Below are positions 39,476-51,095 of a stretch of DNA of 64,000 nucleotides, one piece after another. A model generated the notes under the pieces. It worked only from the letters and a program-made list of their open reading frames with translations. It was not told the DNA's origin and searched no databases. Position 1 is the stretch's first letter, and the number at the start of each line of letters is the position of its first letter. A program made the translations under genes and the position numbers. Source of the stretch: Octopus bimaculoides (taxonomy: Eukaryota); assembly GCF_001194135.2 (NCBI RefSeq), contig NC_068985.1:123068806-123132805 (forward strand), read 5' to 3'.

Positions 39476-39897
39476 TATATATATAGAGAGAGATAGATAG
39501 ATATAGATATATATACGGGGTAGGGCTCTCTCTGTCTGTCTTTGTCCCCCACCACCGCTTGTCAATCGGTGTTGGTGTGTTTACGTCCCCGTAGCATAGC
39601 GGTTCAGCAAAAATTACCGTCAGAATAAGTACAAGGCTTTTAAAAATAGGTACTGGAGGTTGATTCATTCGACCAAAAATTCTTCGAGGCGGAGCAGTTT
39701 AATCCCTGACACATGTAAAAAAAAAAAAAAAATTGATAGAAGACACACGCACAAACACACATATTTATTTTTTATTCACTTATTTATTTATTTTATCATA
39801 TTCAAGAGAGTTTTAGGTTATTTAAAATATGTTTGTGATATATTTTGATTTGTAATGGCAAATTCATTGCAGTTATTGTGGAGAAAAACACTGTCTT

Positions 39898-40289
39898 TGT
39901 TGGTTGTTGTTTGCACTCCATCGCTTACGACGTCGAGGGTTCCAGTTGATCCGATCAACGGAACAGCCTGCTCGTGAAATTAACGTGCAAGTGGCTGAGC
40001 ACTCCACAGACACGTGTACCCTTAACGTAGTTCTCGGGGATATTTAGCGTGACACAGTGTGACAAGGCTGACCCTTTGAATTACAGGTACAACAGAAACA
40101 GGAAGGAAGAGTGAGAGAAAGTTGTGATGAAAGAGTACAGCAGGGTTCGTCACCATCCCCTGCCGGAGCGTCGTGGAGTTTTAGGTGTTTTCGCTCAATA
40201 AACACTCACAACGCCCGGTCTGGAAATCGAAACCGCAATCCTATGACCGCGAGTCCGCTGCCCTAACCACTGGGCCATTGCGCCTCCAC
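39898..40289 (-). mobile_element. Full-length tRNA-derived SINE, family C (working label)
   Basis: Reverse complement: GTGGAGGCGCAATGGCCCAGTGGTTAGGGCAGCGGACTCGCGGTC..GCGGTTTCGATTTCC (A and B boxes), unique body and an (AAC)n-like tail. Confidence 0.88.
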
Positions 40290-40764
40290 TGTCTTTTATG
40301 GTAAAAAGGTGTAAAAACACCATACCTACCCAGTGCAGCCCCCTATCGGATTACCAGATGCGTTTCTAGCTCTTTAATATACCGAAGGGAGATGACTTTG
40401 GAAATATATTAAAACCGTAACTTTATCTAAAGCACAGTCAAACAGGAAAAGTACTCGATTTCCACCCACACTTCTTGCTGATGAAGGTTGCACTTCATAC
40501 TCTCTCTCAGATTAAATGATGGTGCTGCAATATGACTGTACACTAATGATTGATTGAAAATAAAAATGAAAGAATAAATGAATGTATTTGTATGTACGTG
40601 TGAGTATCTATGTGTAAGGGTGTGTGATGTCTGTGTGTGTGCGTGAGTGCTTGTGTATGTATTCACTAGCTGAATAGAAATATCAATTTAAGGTCAATGA
40701 GTGACAAAATATTCTTATATATCAATCACATGGACACGAAATTGTTTCTGGATATTGTTTAATC

Positions 40765-40865
<101 letters not shown>

Positions 40866-42288
40866 GAAGTGCATCTTTCATCAGCGAGTATAGAGGATAA
40901 AAAGTCGAATTAAAGTATAAGGTCACTCGTACTCACTTGGTTAGAAAAGAACGGAATTGGAATCTCCTGCGCTTGTGTGTAGATTTAGTATTAGTGTGCT
41001 TCACCATGCATAGAACTGGTTGTGGTGAGGGTATTTAGATACGATTATTTATCGAAATACATCAGGAAAGTATATTTAAAGAGGAACTTAGCTTAAATGC
41101 TCAATAAACTAGATTTACAGCTATATAACTCAATTTATATTGGCTAACTGAATCAAGAGAACACTTCAAGATCCACACATACGTCTGTGAGTGTGTGCAT
41201 GTGCATACATATAAATTACCTTCTCATGAGACATGAAATTGTTGCTAAAACTGCCTTCATTGCTATACGCATGAAGGATTATCCTGAGATCCATATCACA
41301 GGTATAGCAGAACCAGAACGTATTCTCACCTTTAGTAATAAAATACTACTGAAACATTGTAGTGAAAATAGCAACTTCGTGTATGTTCAACTGGCCAGAT
41401 ATGGTCTTGTACTCTTGTAGGGATCAGCTGTCCAGCGGGTGTGAATCCCGCTTCAAAAATTGAGAAAAAGGAGAGCATCTATGCAAAGTTAAAGAGAAAC
41501 CAGCAACTCTTATATCCAGGCTAAAGATTTTTATTTATGTTTCTATAGGTGCACTAGGTTTCGTCACCAGAAACTTTCATAGAAACCTAGATAAGCTTGA
41601 GTTCTCCAAAACAGACCAGGAAAAGTGAGAGGTATTCTCCCGATACATTTGATTAGAGAACAGTGAAAATTTGCAAAACATTTCCAGAAAGTTATATTTG
41701 AATCTTTAGGATGAATATATGCACACTATCACATATACATATGAAATATTATAAGCTCGCACTCATAACGAAAGATGAAACACACACACTTGTGTTCTGT
41801 CATGATACGAACACTGACGAGGACAAGATTATTCACACACCACACACACATACAAACATGTACGTATACACGCACTCTCACACACATACACTCACACACT
41901 TACATGCACACACACACACGCACACATACACACACACGCACGCACACATATACGAACACATTCATGTAATCACGGGCATTTCTGGAAAGTAGTTATTCTC
42001 CGATTAGTTGAGAAAAGAAAGAGAGAGAAGGACAAAGTGCGTGTGTTCGCGCGTACGAAATCCGAAAAAGAAAAAATGAATATGTAGGAGCAGAAAAAAT
42101 ATGACAAAAGGTAAATACAAGGAAAATGAGAAAGAGAGTATCGCGTGGGTGGGAGACAGAATGCAATTACAGCCTCGGCAAATACATTATTTCCTCTACC
42201 ACAAATGAAATATTTCATGGAAACAAAATCGTTTGAAGAAAGTAGAAACTTAATACAACTCCTTAGTAACTCCAGGCTAAAGATAGCT

Positions 42289-42344
<56 letters not shown>

Positions 42345-43118
42345 CAGAGGAGAACAATTAATTTGAAATCTCTGAGCGAAAAGAAAGTAGTAGCAGTACT
42401 ACAGAGGAAAATCTATTTGCTAACGTAAAGTGGCAGTCCTGATTAGGACGATGTTACTACCATTTTTAACCCAAGGAAAACATCTTTTCCAGCTGGCTGC
42501 CGACGCACAACTGCGTCCTTATACCTTGAACAAGGGAGCTAATGTTCCCCATTCAGCCTTAAAGGTACCTGCAGACCATGGTTTCTAGTTTATTTTTATT
42601 CATCGGCACAGGATAACCGTGGGCTTGAGATGGCTGTGCTAGGCCTTCTTCAAGGTATATACTTTTAAAGTGACACACAATGACTGATCTCGTAAAGAGG
42701 AAAATTATAAGTTTTAAATCTCTGGGACTAAAAAGGTAATAACATCGTCTTAATCAGGACTGCCACTTTACGTTGGCAAATAGATTTTACTCTGTACTAC
42801 TGTTACTACTTACTTCTCGCTCAGAGATTTGAATCTAATTGTTTTCCTCTTTACGAGATCAGTGACTGTGTGGCACTTTAAATGTATATATCTCGAACAA
42901 GGGCCAGTGCTGCCATCTCTAGCCAACGGTTATCATGTACAGATGAACCGAAATAACTCAGAAACCATGATCCTCAGGTACCGTTTAAGGGTGAGTGGTG
43001 ACATTAGCTCCCTTGTCCGGGGTATAAAGACGCAGTTGTGCGTCAGTAGCCAGCTGGAAAAGATGTTTTCCTGGGGCTAAAAAAGTTAGTAACATAGTCA
43101 TAATCAGGACTGCCACTT
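42345..43118. repeat. Complex inverted arrangement of a ~360-bp unit (A-B on +, a-B-A on -)
   Basis: A 42345-42472 matches the reverse complement of 42724-42850; B 42470-42704 matches the reverse complement of 42841-43078; 43073-43118 repeats the last ~45 bp of A in reverse. Confidence 0.85.
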
Positions 43119-43135
43119 AAATATTACCCTCTCTC

Positions 43136-43187
<52 letters not shown>

Positions 43188-43513
43188 NNNNNNNNNNNNN
43201 NNNNNNNNNNNNNNNNNNNNNNNNNNNNNNNNNNNNNNNNNNNNNNNNNNNNNNNNNNNNNNNNNNNNNNNNNNNNNNNNNNNNNNNNNNNNNNNNNNNN
43301 NNNNNNNNNNNNNNNNNNNNNNNNNNNNNNNNNNNNNNNNNNNNNNNNNNNNNNNNNNNNNNNNNNNNNNNNNNNNNNNNNNNNNNNNNNNNNNNNNNNN
43401 NNNNNNNNNNNNNNNNNNNNNNNNNNNNNNNNNNNNNNNNNNNNNNNNNNNNNNNNNNNNNNNNNNNNNNNNNNNNNNNNNNNNNNNNNNNNNNNNTTAT
43501 GTATGTATGTATG

Positions 43514-43585
<72 letters not shown>

Positions 43586-44547
43586 TGTTTTACATGTATA
43601 TATATTTCAATAATACAAAACGTTACTATGAGAGGAATATATGAATGTGAACGCATTCCTTTTATGTTTTTATGTATGGAAAACCAGAGAAAGAATTTCC
43701 TGACGGACAGTTTCACATTTCGTTGAACGCTGCTCATAGACGACCTCCAAGGTTTCCCCAGCCATCGACAGGTTAGAATATTCAGCTAGTTTGCAAAACC
43801 AGTGTCACCATATTGGATAACATAATTTGCATATCGGTACTTTTCTTGGCCTGTATATTTCCAAATTAGAATGACCAATAGAAATAGATATGCGAATATA
43901 AACATAATACGTTTTATGTTGTTGATACGTAGAAAAACAAGAAGGGGTGTCTCCGAACAGTACTTCCGCAGTCACAAAATTTTCAATTGCTACGTAAAGC
44001 AGACACAAGTTAGGCTTTCACCATAATGAATGACCTAATTTGCATATATGTGCATTTGACGTCTGGTCATTAATTAGGCAATATATATTTTACGCATAAT
44101 ATAGCGTGAAACAGAAGACTGAAGTAAAATTTAATATCAGAGCGACTTGTGAAAATAATTAGAATGTAAATGCTTTCCTTTTATCCTTTCGACGTCCAAG
44201 GGAGGAGGCAAAGTCTTCTGACGTAGAGCTAAGAAATTATGTAGTCCTTTCCTGCACAGCGATCAAAAAGAGACTTATATCGCCTTTAACCACACGCGTA
44301 AAGAATTGAAACTATGCCTGTACATTCTTAACTTCTCACTTAAGCTTTCTAATATTAAAATTTATTTCAGCATATCTAATTTCGGATTAACGCTGAGTCG
44401 TACATATTGGGCATATATAAAAGAGGAACATACATGTCTATCTATCTATCTATCTATCTAGCTAGCTAGCTATCTAGCTATCTATGTGTGTGTATACACA
44501 CACACGCTGACACGCATGCACACACACACACGCACGCGCACACACAC

Positions 44548-44585
<38 letters not shown>

Positions 44586-44986
44586 ACACAAACTGTATTG
44601 GAAATTCTAAGTGCAATTGTTTGCTTAACCACAACGCATCGTCAGATAACACTTTTTTGCATCATGTTACAAACAGCTAAAGTCTTAGATCTTAGCATCC
44701 AGTTGTACTTGGAGTATCCGATTCAGAGATCCAAACAACGACAATGGTGAAACAAAAGTAGGAACAAATGACATCAACTTGTATTTATGGGAATTTCTTG
44801 TACCTTTGGCTGTATATAATAGTAATAATGTCAGTAATACCACTAACAGCAGTAGTAGCTAAATTACTATACTTGAAAAAGACTGGAAGATGATAATCTA
44901 CGCGGAACTCTAAACTCAAGTTACAGACACATACTCATACATACACACATGTACACACACAAGCACATACACAGACATACTCCCTC

Positions 44987-45021
<35 letters not shown>

Positions 45022-45518
45022 TACATACACATATATGTATTTGTGTTCATAAGTGTCTCATACGCAATCAGTTTTGTAGCATTCATACAAATTCGTCAAA
45101 GAGCTAGACGATACTTTAATTCGTGTTCTTTCCGTTTCCAAAGCAACTAATTCTTAAGCTACTAATTCATAAGCCTCTAACTACCACAAATAGAATATAT
45201 AGATCTGTTCACAAATGTGCATTTTTTTCACCTAAAAATGTGATATATGCAAATGTATACATATATACAACCATCCATCCATCCATCCATACATACATAT
45301 ATATATANNNNNNNNNNNNNNNNNNNNNNNNNNNNNNNNNNNNNNNNNNNNNNNNNNNNNNNNNNNNNNNNNNNNNNNNNNNNNNNNNNATATATGAAAT
45401 AATAGATTCAGTTGAATTCGGTACTTAAGCTGAAGCACCAAGTCAGTGCGGTAATATCTGTACAACTCAAAGTAAGGCGAATAAAATCAAAAGTAAGGTG
45501 AAGGATAGCAAGAGGTGA

Positions 45519-45604
45519 TGCAGCACGACTGTTTCAAGCGGCTCCATTTAATTGAACAATACAATTATTACATTAATTTAAATGCAAGGCTATCCTCAGC
45601 TGCA
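45519..45604 (-). ncRNA. Hammerhead-like motif (CUGAGGA core), decayed at the cleavage site
   Basis: Reverse complement: TGCAG-CTGAGGA-TAGC...GCTT-GAAA-CAGTCGT-G-CTGCA; stem I TGCAG/CTGCA perfect, position 17 is G. Confidence 0.55.
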
Positions 45605-46246
45605 TAAGTAAATAGGAAATTTTAATCAGTTGGACACGTTAATATAATTTTACTCAAATTCTCTAATAGAGTAAGAAGATGAAGGAAGTCCATATTGCTA
45701 CTAATGTAACTCAGAATATACCACACCTCTAAGAACTGTATAATGTTTGTTAGGGTTATGGTTTGTAAATGATTATGGTTCACATTTAATTTATTAATTT
45801 TTTTTTTTATCAACTACTAAATCTAAGGCTAGAGGAAAGTGTCTGTTTACAATGGATAGACAGAGTGAGTTGACAGTTTATAGTTGGGTATGGTCATAAA
45901 TATTGTCAGGATTTTAGAAAATGTATAAGAAATTGTCTATAGAGGAGGCTGGGTAGGGGAAGACCCCCAATCAAGATGTTAATTACCAGTTAAAGGGGTA
46001 AGACGCTAATAAAACCTATGATGTTAATACAGAGAAAATTACCATGAGGTACAATGGATGATTGTATATAAATAATAATGTATGAAATAAAATTTAAGAT
46101 TATTAAAAATGATATTATAATTAATATATGTGGTATATTCTGAGTTACATTAGTAGCAACATGGACTTTCTCCCTCCTCTTGATCTATTAGAGAATTTGA
46201 TTAAAATTATATTGTATCCAACTGATTAAAAAATTCTTTTTATTTA

Positions 46247-46307
46247 TGTAGCTGAGGATAGCCCTGCATTTCAATCAAATGGAGCCGCTTGAAACGGTAA
46301 TACTGCA
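46247..46307 (+). ncRNA. Hammerhead-like motif (CUGAGGA core), partner copy
   Basis: TGTAG-CTGAGGA-TAGC..CATTT-CAATC-AAATG..GCTT-GAAA-CGGTAAT-A-CTGCA; stem I pairs with one G-U, stem III imperfect. Confidence 0.55.
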
Positions 46308-46574
46308 TCACCTCTTGATATCCTGTTGCTTATTTTGATTTTATATATCTATTTTTATATATATATATATGTATATATAATATATATATATATATANNNN
46401 NNNNNNNNNNNNNNNNNNNNNNNNNNNNNNNNNNNNNNNNNNNNNNNNNNNNNNNNNNNNNNNNNNNNNNNNNNNNNNNNNNNNNNNNNNNNNNNNNNNN
46501 NNNNNNNNNNNNNNNNNNNGATATCCTGTTGCTTATTTTGATTTTATATATCTATTTTTATATATATATATATG

Positions 46575-48330
46575 TATAGTTGAAATTTACAGAAAACCAA
46601 AAGGCGAAGACAGGTGTATCAACAACAAACAGATGTATTAGTTTGACGCTCGGGAAAGTGAAATAGTCTTTTACGTTTCGAGCCCACGCTCTTCAACAGA
46701 AAGGAATAAGAGACAAAAAAACAGAGATAGAATAAAAAAAAACTTGTAGATTTAGCGATCAAGCATGGCGACTGGTTGGGAAAAAAGGTAGATAGAAGGG
46801 GAGATAATAAAGTATTAGTGATCCCAAAATGAAAGTGCGCGTGCGTATGTGTGCATGTGAGAATGTGTATGTGTGTGGATAGGGCTAGTGACTTTGACGT
46901 GTGTGCGTGTGTATGTGTCTGTAATCTGTGGGTGTGTGGGTATGTGGATGATGGTGTATGGGTGTGAAGCTGATGGTGTGTGGTGTGGTGTAATGTGGTG
47001 TGGGAGGTATGTAGGAGTGGAGTGGAGTGTGTAGAGGTGGGATGTGGGTGGAGAGGATACCAATGAAGAGTGAAGGTGGGTAGGAATGAAGAGAGGAAGT
47101 AGGTAACAGATGAAGAGAGGAGGGGAGTCAGATAAAGAGAAGAGAGGAGTTGAGCCCATGTGGTTCAAAGGAGCGAAGAGAGAAGATTAATTCCTGTTCA
47201 CAAGAAGGCGTGAGTCCGGATGAGCCCTGTGTAAAAACAATCCAAAGACAGACAAGTGTTGTAGTGAATGACCGGTAGCGCGGAAGTGGTAGACCGGTAG
47301 AGCGGAAGATGTCTCGGAATTGTTCCGCAAACCGGTCAGCCAAGCGGCGTCCCGTTTGACCAATGTACAGAGAAGGGCAGAAAGAATAGAAGATGCAGTA
47401 AATGACGTTGCTAGAAATGTAGGTAAAGGTGATGATAGTGGTGATGATGGGTGTCTGTGAGGATGGTGATGTTGGAGAGGTAGGGGCAAGTGCGGCAGCG
47501 TGGGCAGGAGCAGGGGAACGAGTCAGGTTAGGAGGTGGTGTTAAAGAAGAAACTGTGGATTAGGAGGTCACGCAGGTTGTGGGCTCGTTTGAAGGAGAGA
47601 TGTGCGAGATGTAGGGGTCGGACTAGAATCGCCGGAAGGCTCGAAGAATGTTGCGCTGGAGGTGCAGGGCGGAGGGGTGGTAGATGAGCGGAAATGGGAG
47701 ACGGTAAACGGCGGGGTGGGTACGGGGATAGAGAGGGCAGAGGCATGGTCCACGGAACGGGATCTGGCAAGGGCTGTGTCTACAGTGGTAAAGGGATATC
47801 TACGAAGGATGAAGCGGCGAGCCATGAGTTGAGACTTAGTCTCAAAGTCATGGTTTTCTCTGCAGAGCTTGTGGAGACGGAGGAATTGCGAGCAGAGGAT
47901 GGAGAGCTTGATGTGGGTACGGTGGGTGGAAGAGAAGTTAAGGTATGAGCGTGAGTCGGTGTTTTTGATGGAGGTAGGGAGAGCAGAGTGGTGTATGTTG
48001 ACTGAAATGTCGAGAAATGTGACGGAAGTGTTGGAAATACTGCAGGAGAATTTGAGGGCAGGTTGGAATAATTCGCGGGAGAGTGACGTCGCACCGATAC
48101 AGTCATCAATATAACGACCGTATATTTCGTGAGTGGGACCAGTGAATCGTTAGAATATTTGGGCCTCAACGTATCCAACGAACAGGTTCACCTAGTTGGG
48201 GTCCATTCTCGTTCTCATGGCCACTCCTGAGATTTGTTGGTAAAAATCCCCCGCGAATTAGAAGCATTTGAGGGAGAGAACAAGTTCGGCCAGACGAAGA
48301 GCTGAGGAGATTCTATGTGCGTATGGACAG
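46575..48330 (-). mobile_element. Penelope-like retroelement, 5'-truncated, decayed RT plus GIY-YIG endonuclease plus terminal repeat (same family as 2392-3663)
   Basis: Reverse translation with stops/frameshifts: LAELVLSL.CF.FAGDFYQQISGVAM.TRM.PN, YGRYIDDCIGAT, FILRRYP, LSFKRAHNLRDLLIHS, NVIYCI..LYIGQTGRRLADRFAE and EQELIFSLRSFEPHGLN. Confidence 0.93.
46666..46703 (-). ncRNA. Minimal type-I hammerhead motif, CUGUUGA variant with intact stems
   Basis: Reverse complement: CTTT-CTGTTGA-A-GAGC-GTGG-GCTC-GAAA-CG-TA-AAAG; stem I CTTT/AAAG, stem II GAGC/GCTC, GTA cleavage triplet. Confidence 0.68.
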
Positions 48331-50270
48331 AGAAAAAGGAGAGAGAGAGATAGAGGGAGAGAGGGGGAGAGGGAGAGGGAGAGGGAGAGGGAGAAGGAGA
48401 GAAGTAGAGAGAAAGTATACACATGTAATGTATATACGTTACGCATATGCTTCAATTCCTGCCTGTATAATTCAGTAAATAACATGAAGTAAATACGATT
48501 TAAGTGAGATAAATTAGAAACAGTTCGAAAAACAGATATTAATATGTACATATCATACATGCATATATAATTAGATGTCTATAGCAACTGTCATATGCTG
48601 CTTTTCAGAACGTTGAAATAGCTAGAAATATTTTCCTTCATCCCAAATATGAAGAGTGTGGGCCTGTATTTCTCCGTCCCCTTCTTTCTTCGTCTTTCTG
48701 TCACACTCTTGCTAAGTTTTGTGTATGTACGTGTGGGTGTGTGTGCTTGTGAGCGTGCGGGTATTTCATCTACTCATATGTGGATAATGAAGGATTACAC
48801 ACACACACATCAATATATTTCACATCTAAGTACGTATTTTAATATATATATATATATATATANNNNNNNNNNNNNNNNNNNNNNNNNNNNNNNNNNNNNN
48901 NNNNNNNNNNNNNNNNNNNNNNNNNNNNNNNNNNNNNNNNNNNNNNNNNNNNNNNNNNNNNNNNNNNNNNNNNNNNNNNNNNNNNNNNNNNNNNNNNNNN
49001 NNNNNNNNNNNNNNNTATGTATATGTATATATACTCAAGTGTGTTTATGTGTGTGTGTACAGCGAAAAGGCTATGAGGTTTTAGAAGAGTGAGTTTGTAT
49101 TAGAAACAAATGGAGGTAATGCTTTGAGAATTTTATCATGAATAAAATTAACAAAGTATTTATATTTAAACAAAAATATGCTACAAGTTTCAATTGTTTA
49201 AGAGGATTTAATCATATAATATGAAAGGGAAAATAAATTGAATTAAATTAATATGCACGAAATAAGTTTTGAAATTTCCCATGTTGTCTTTACAAAATCC
49301 TCATGGTAGTTGCTGTTTAATTCCTGATGGATGTGTTACAATAGTAGAAGTAATAACAATTTCAGTTGTCTATTGTTCGTTACTGGTCATGTTGATATTA
49401 ACCCATTAACTACCAAATTTTTATATTCATATTTTTTGGCTTTGACAGGTGTCTTAGGGGTTGAAATAATAGATAGTATTTAAATTTTCTTCATATGTGA
49501 ATTATTTTTGGAAATTATGAGGATAAATTTTTCGAAAAGTCTAAATGGGGATCGCTGAAAAAAAGCATCTTTATCCTTCTCTATTCAATTTTAATAATAA
49601 ACATTTGAGTTTTTTTTTAACTATAGTATCAAATGCTAATGTGTATGGAACATCAATGAATGACATAAATGGGAAATGCAACAAAAAAAAAAAGTTTTCA
49701 AAACACTCAATATTTTTGTAGATCAAAACTTAGGATTTTTGACATAAAATGTCCTCTAGAATTAACAAGATCTAATAATGACAAACTTTAACTACTAAAT
49801 ATTGTTAAACATACTTCTGCAAATGCAATGTACATAAGCAATTATCTTTATATACAACGAACAACCGGCAGTCCGACTCTTCTTAGCAGATCCTCAAATG
49901 GGGATCATGGCAGATAATGGGTTAAGGAGTGGTTCGTATTGCGAAACGAGTCGTATGGTATTGGCAGTAGTAGTAGTAGCAACAATGATAGCAATCGTAG
50001 TAGTAGTAGCTGTTTCAGCCTCACGAGTGGAAGCAGTAGCAGCTTAAGCAGTAGTTGTAGTAGGGGTGGTGGAAATGGTAGAAGCTGTGACAAGAGTGGC
50101 CGTAGTAACCGCAGTGCTAATATTAATAGCAATATGAAAACCAATGTTTGCTTTAGTAATAAAAATTTCATCACTAGTATTAGGTTTATTTTTATCCTCA
50201 TAGCATGTTTTGATAAATAAAATTATTATCTGTTATTATATATCTGTCGTCAAATATCTTACGCACCCTG

Positions 50271-50365
<95 letters not shown>

Positions 50366-50367
50366 AG

Positions 50368-51095
50368 GATAATTTTTGCCATGTGACAACTACAAGAGAA
50401 GTGGTGTGAACAACATCAACTTTTGTACATGACATTTATTGATCTTACTCGGGCCTTGGACTCAGATTCCAAAGAACTCTTGTGAGGCATCTTATCTATT
50501 TACGGATGCCCTTATAAATACATTCGGATCCTTCGGCTTCTCTATGACAACTTGCGTGCGAGGGTCCTAGTCAACAACAGTGAGATCAAAAGTGAATCAA
50601 AGCTGCGTTATAACACCCCAAATTTTCAGTTTCTTCATTGCCACCATCATTGAAATTATCAAGGGAAATCTTCCATTGGGAATTAAAATTATTTATCTAA
50701 CCGATGACAAGCTTTTGAATATTGCCCGATAGCAAAATCTCGACATGCTCCGTTATCGAGTGATCCGAGGAAAATTTGCAGCAGACTCTCATTGTCTTCC
50801 ATCAAGGTTACAGAAAACTGAGACTCACCATCAACTGTAAGAAGATACAAGTTGTCTTCCAACCATCACCAATCGAAACACACAGTGCGCAACCAGCCAT
50901 TGGGATCGAAGGCTCAGTGTTAGAAAGTGTGAATTATTTTCTGTATCTGGGAAGTCATCTGACTTCCAATGCTGACATCGACGACGAAACCCAACATCAT
51001 CTCAAAAGCGCCAGTACTGCCTTTGGACGTCTCCAAACGAGAGTGTTCTAAGATCAAGATATTCGAACTGATACAAAAATGATGTTATAGAAGGC
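50368..51095 (+). mobile_element. RTE-clade LINE reverse transcriptase fragment (decayed)
   Basis: QLQEK..EQHQLLYMTFIDLTRA.DS, ILSIYGCP.KYIRILRLL.D, GL.INCKK.QVVFQP and F.YLGSHLTSNADIDDE.QH.LK.ASTAFGRL..RVF. Confidence 0.88.

Larger units (their letters stand above)
38458..39720 (+). mobile_element. SINE family B (outer copy) split by two nested insertions
   Basis: Head GTGGCTGTGAGGTAAGAAGCTTGCTTCC..GGTTCCGGGTTCAGCCC at 38458-38620; matching tail TTTGTCCCCC..GGTGTTGGTGTGTTTACGTCCCCGTA at ~39530-39720. Confidence 0.78.
45480..46350. mobile_element. Inverted pair of PLE terminal repeats (arms ~45480-45727 and ~46127-46350) with GIY-YIG C-terminal remnant
   Basis: Arms are diverged reverse complements (e.g. 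GAAGTCCATATTGCTACTAATGTAACTCAGAATATACCACA vs TGTGGTATATTCTGAGTTACATTAGTAGCAACATGGACTT). Minus-strand translation ..NIIQFLEVWYILSYISSNM resembles the PLE FLE.W.I end; each arm has a CTGAGGA..GAAAC motif. Confidence 0.72.

Noticed and set aside
40215-40289. tRNA gene-like sequence
   Set aside because: It is the head of SINE family C: no proper acceptor stem, and it continues into a SINE body and tail.
46319-46572. Exact ~55-bp direct repeat on both sides of the 46397-46519 gap
   Set aside because: Identical copies flanking a gap next to (TA)n are most simply an unmerged contig overlap.
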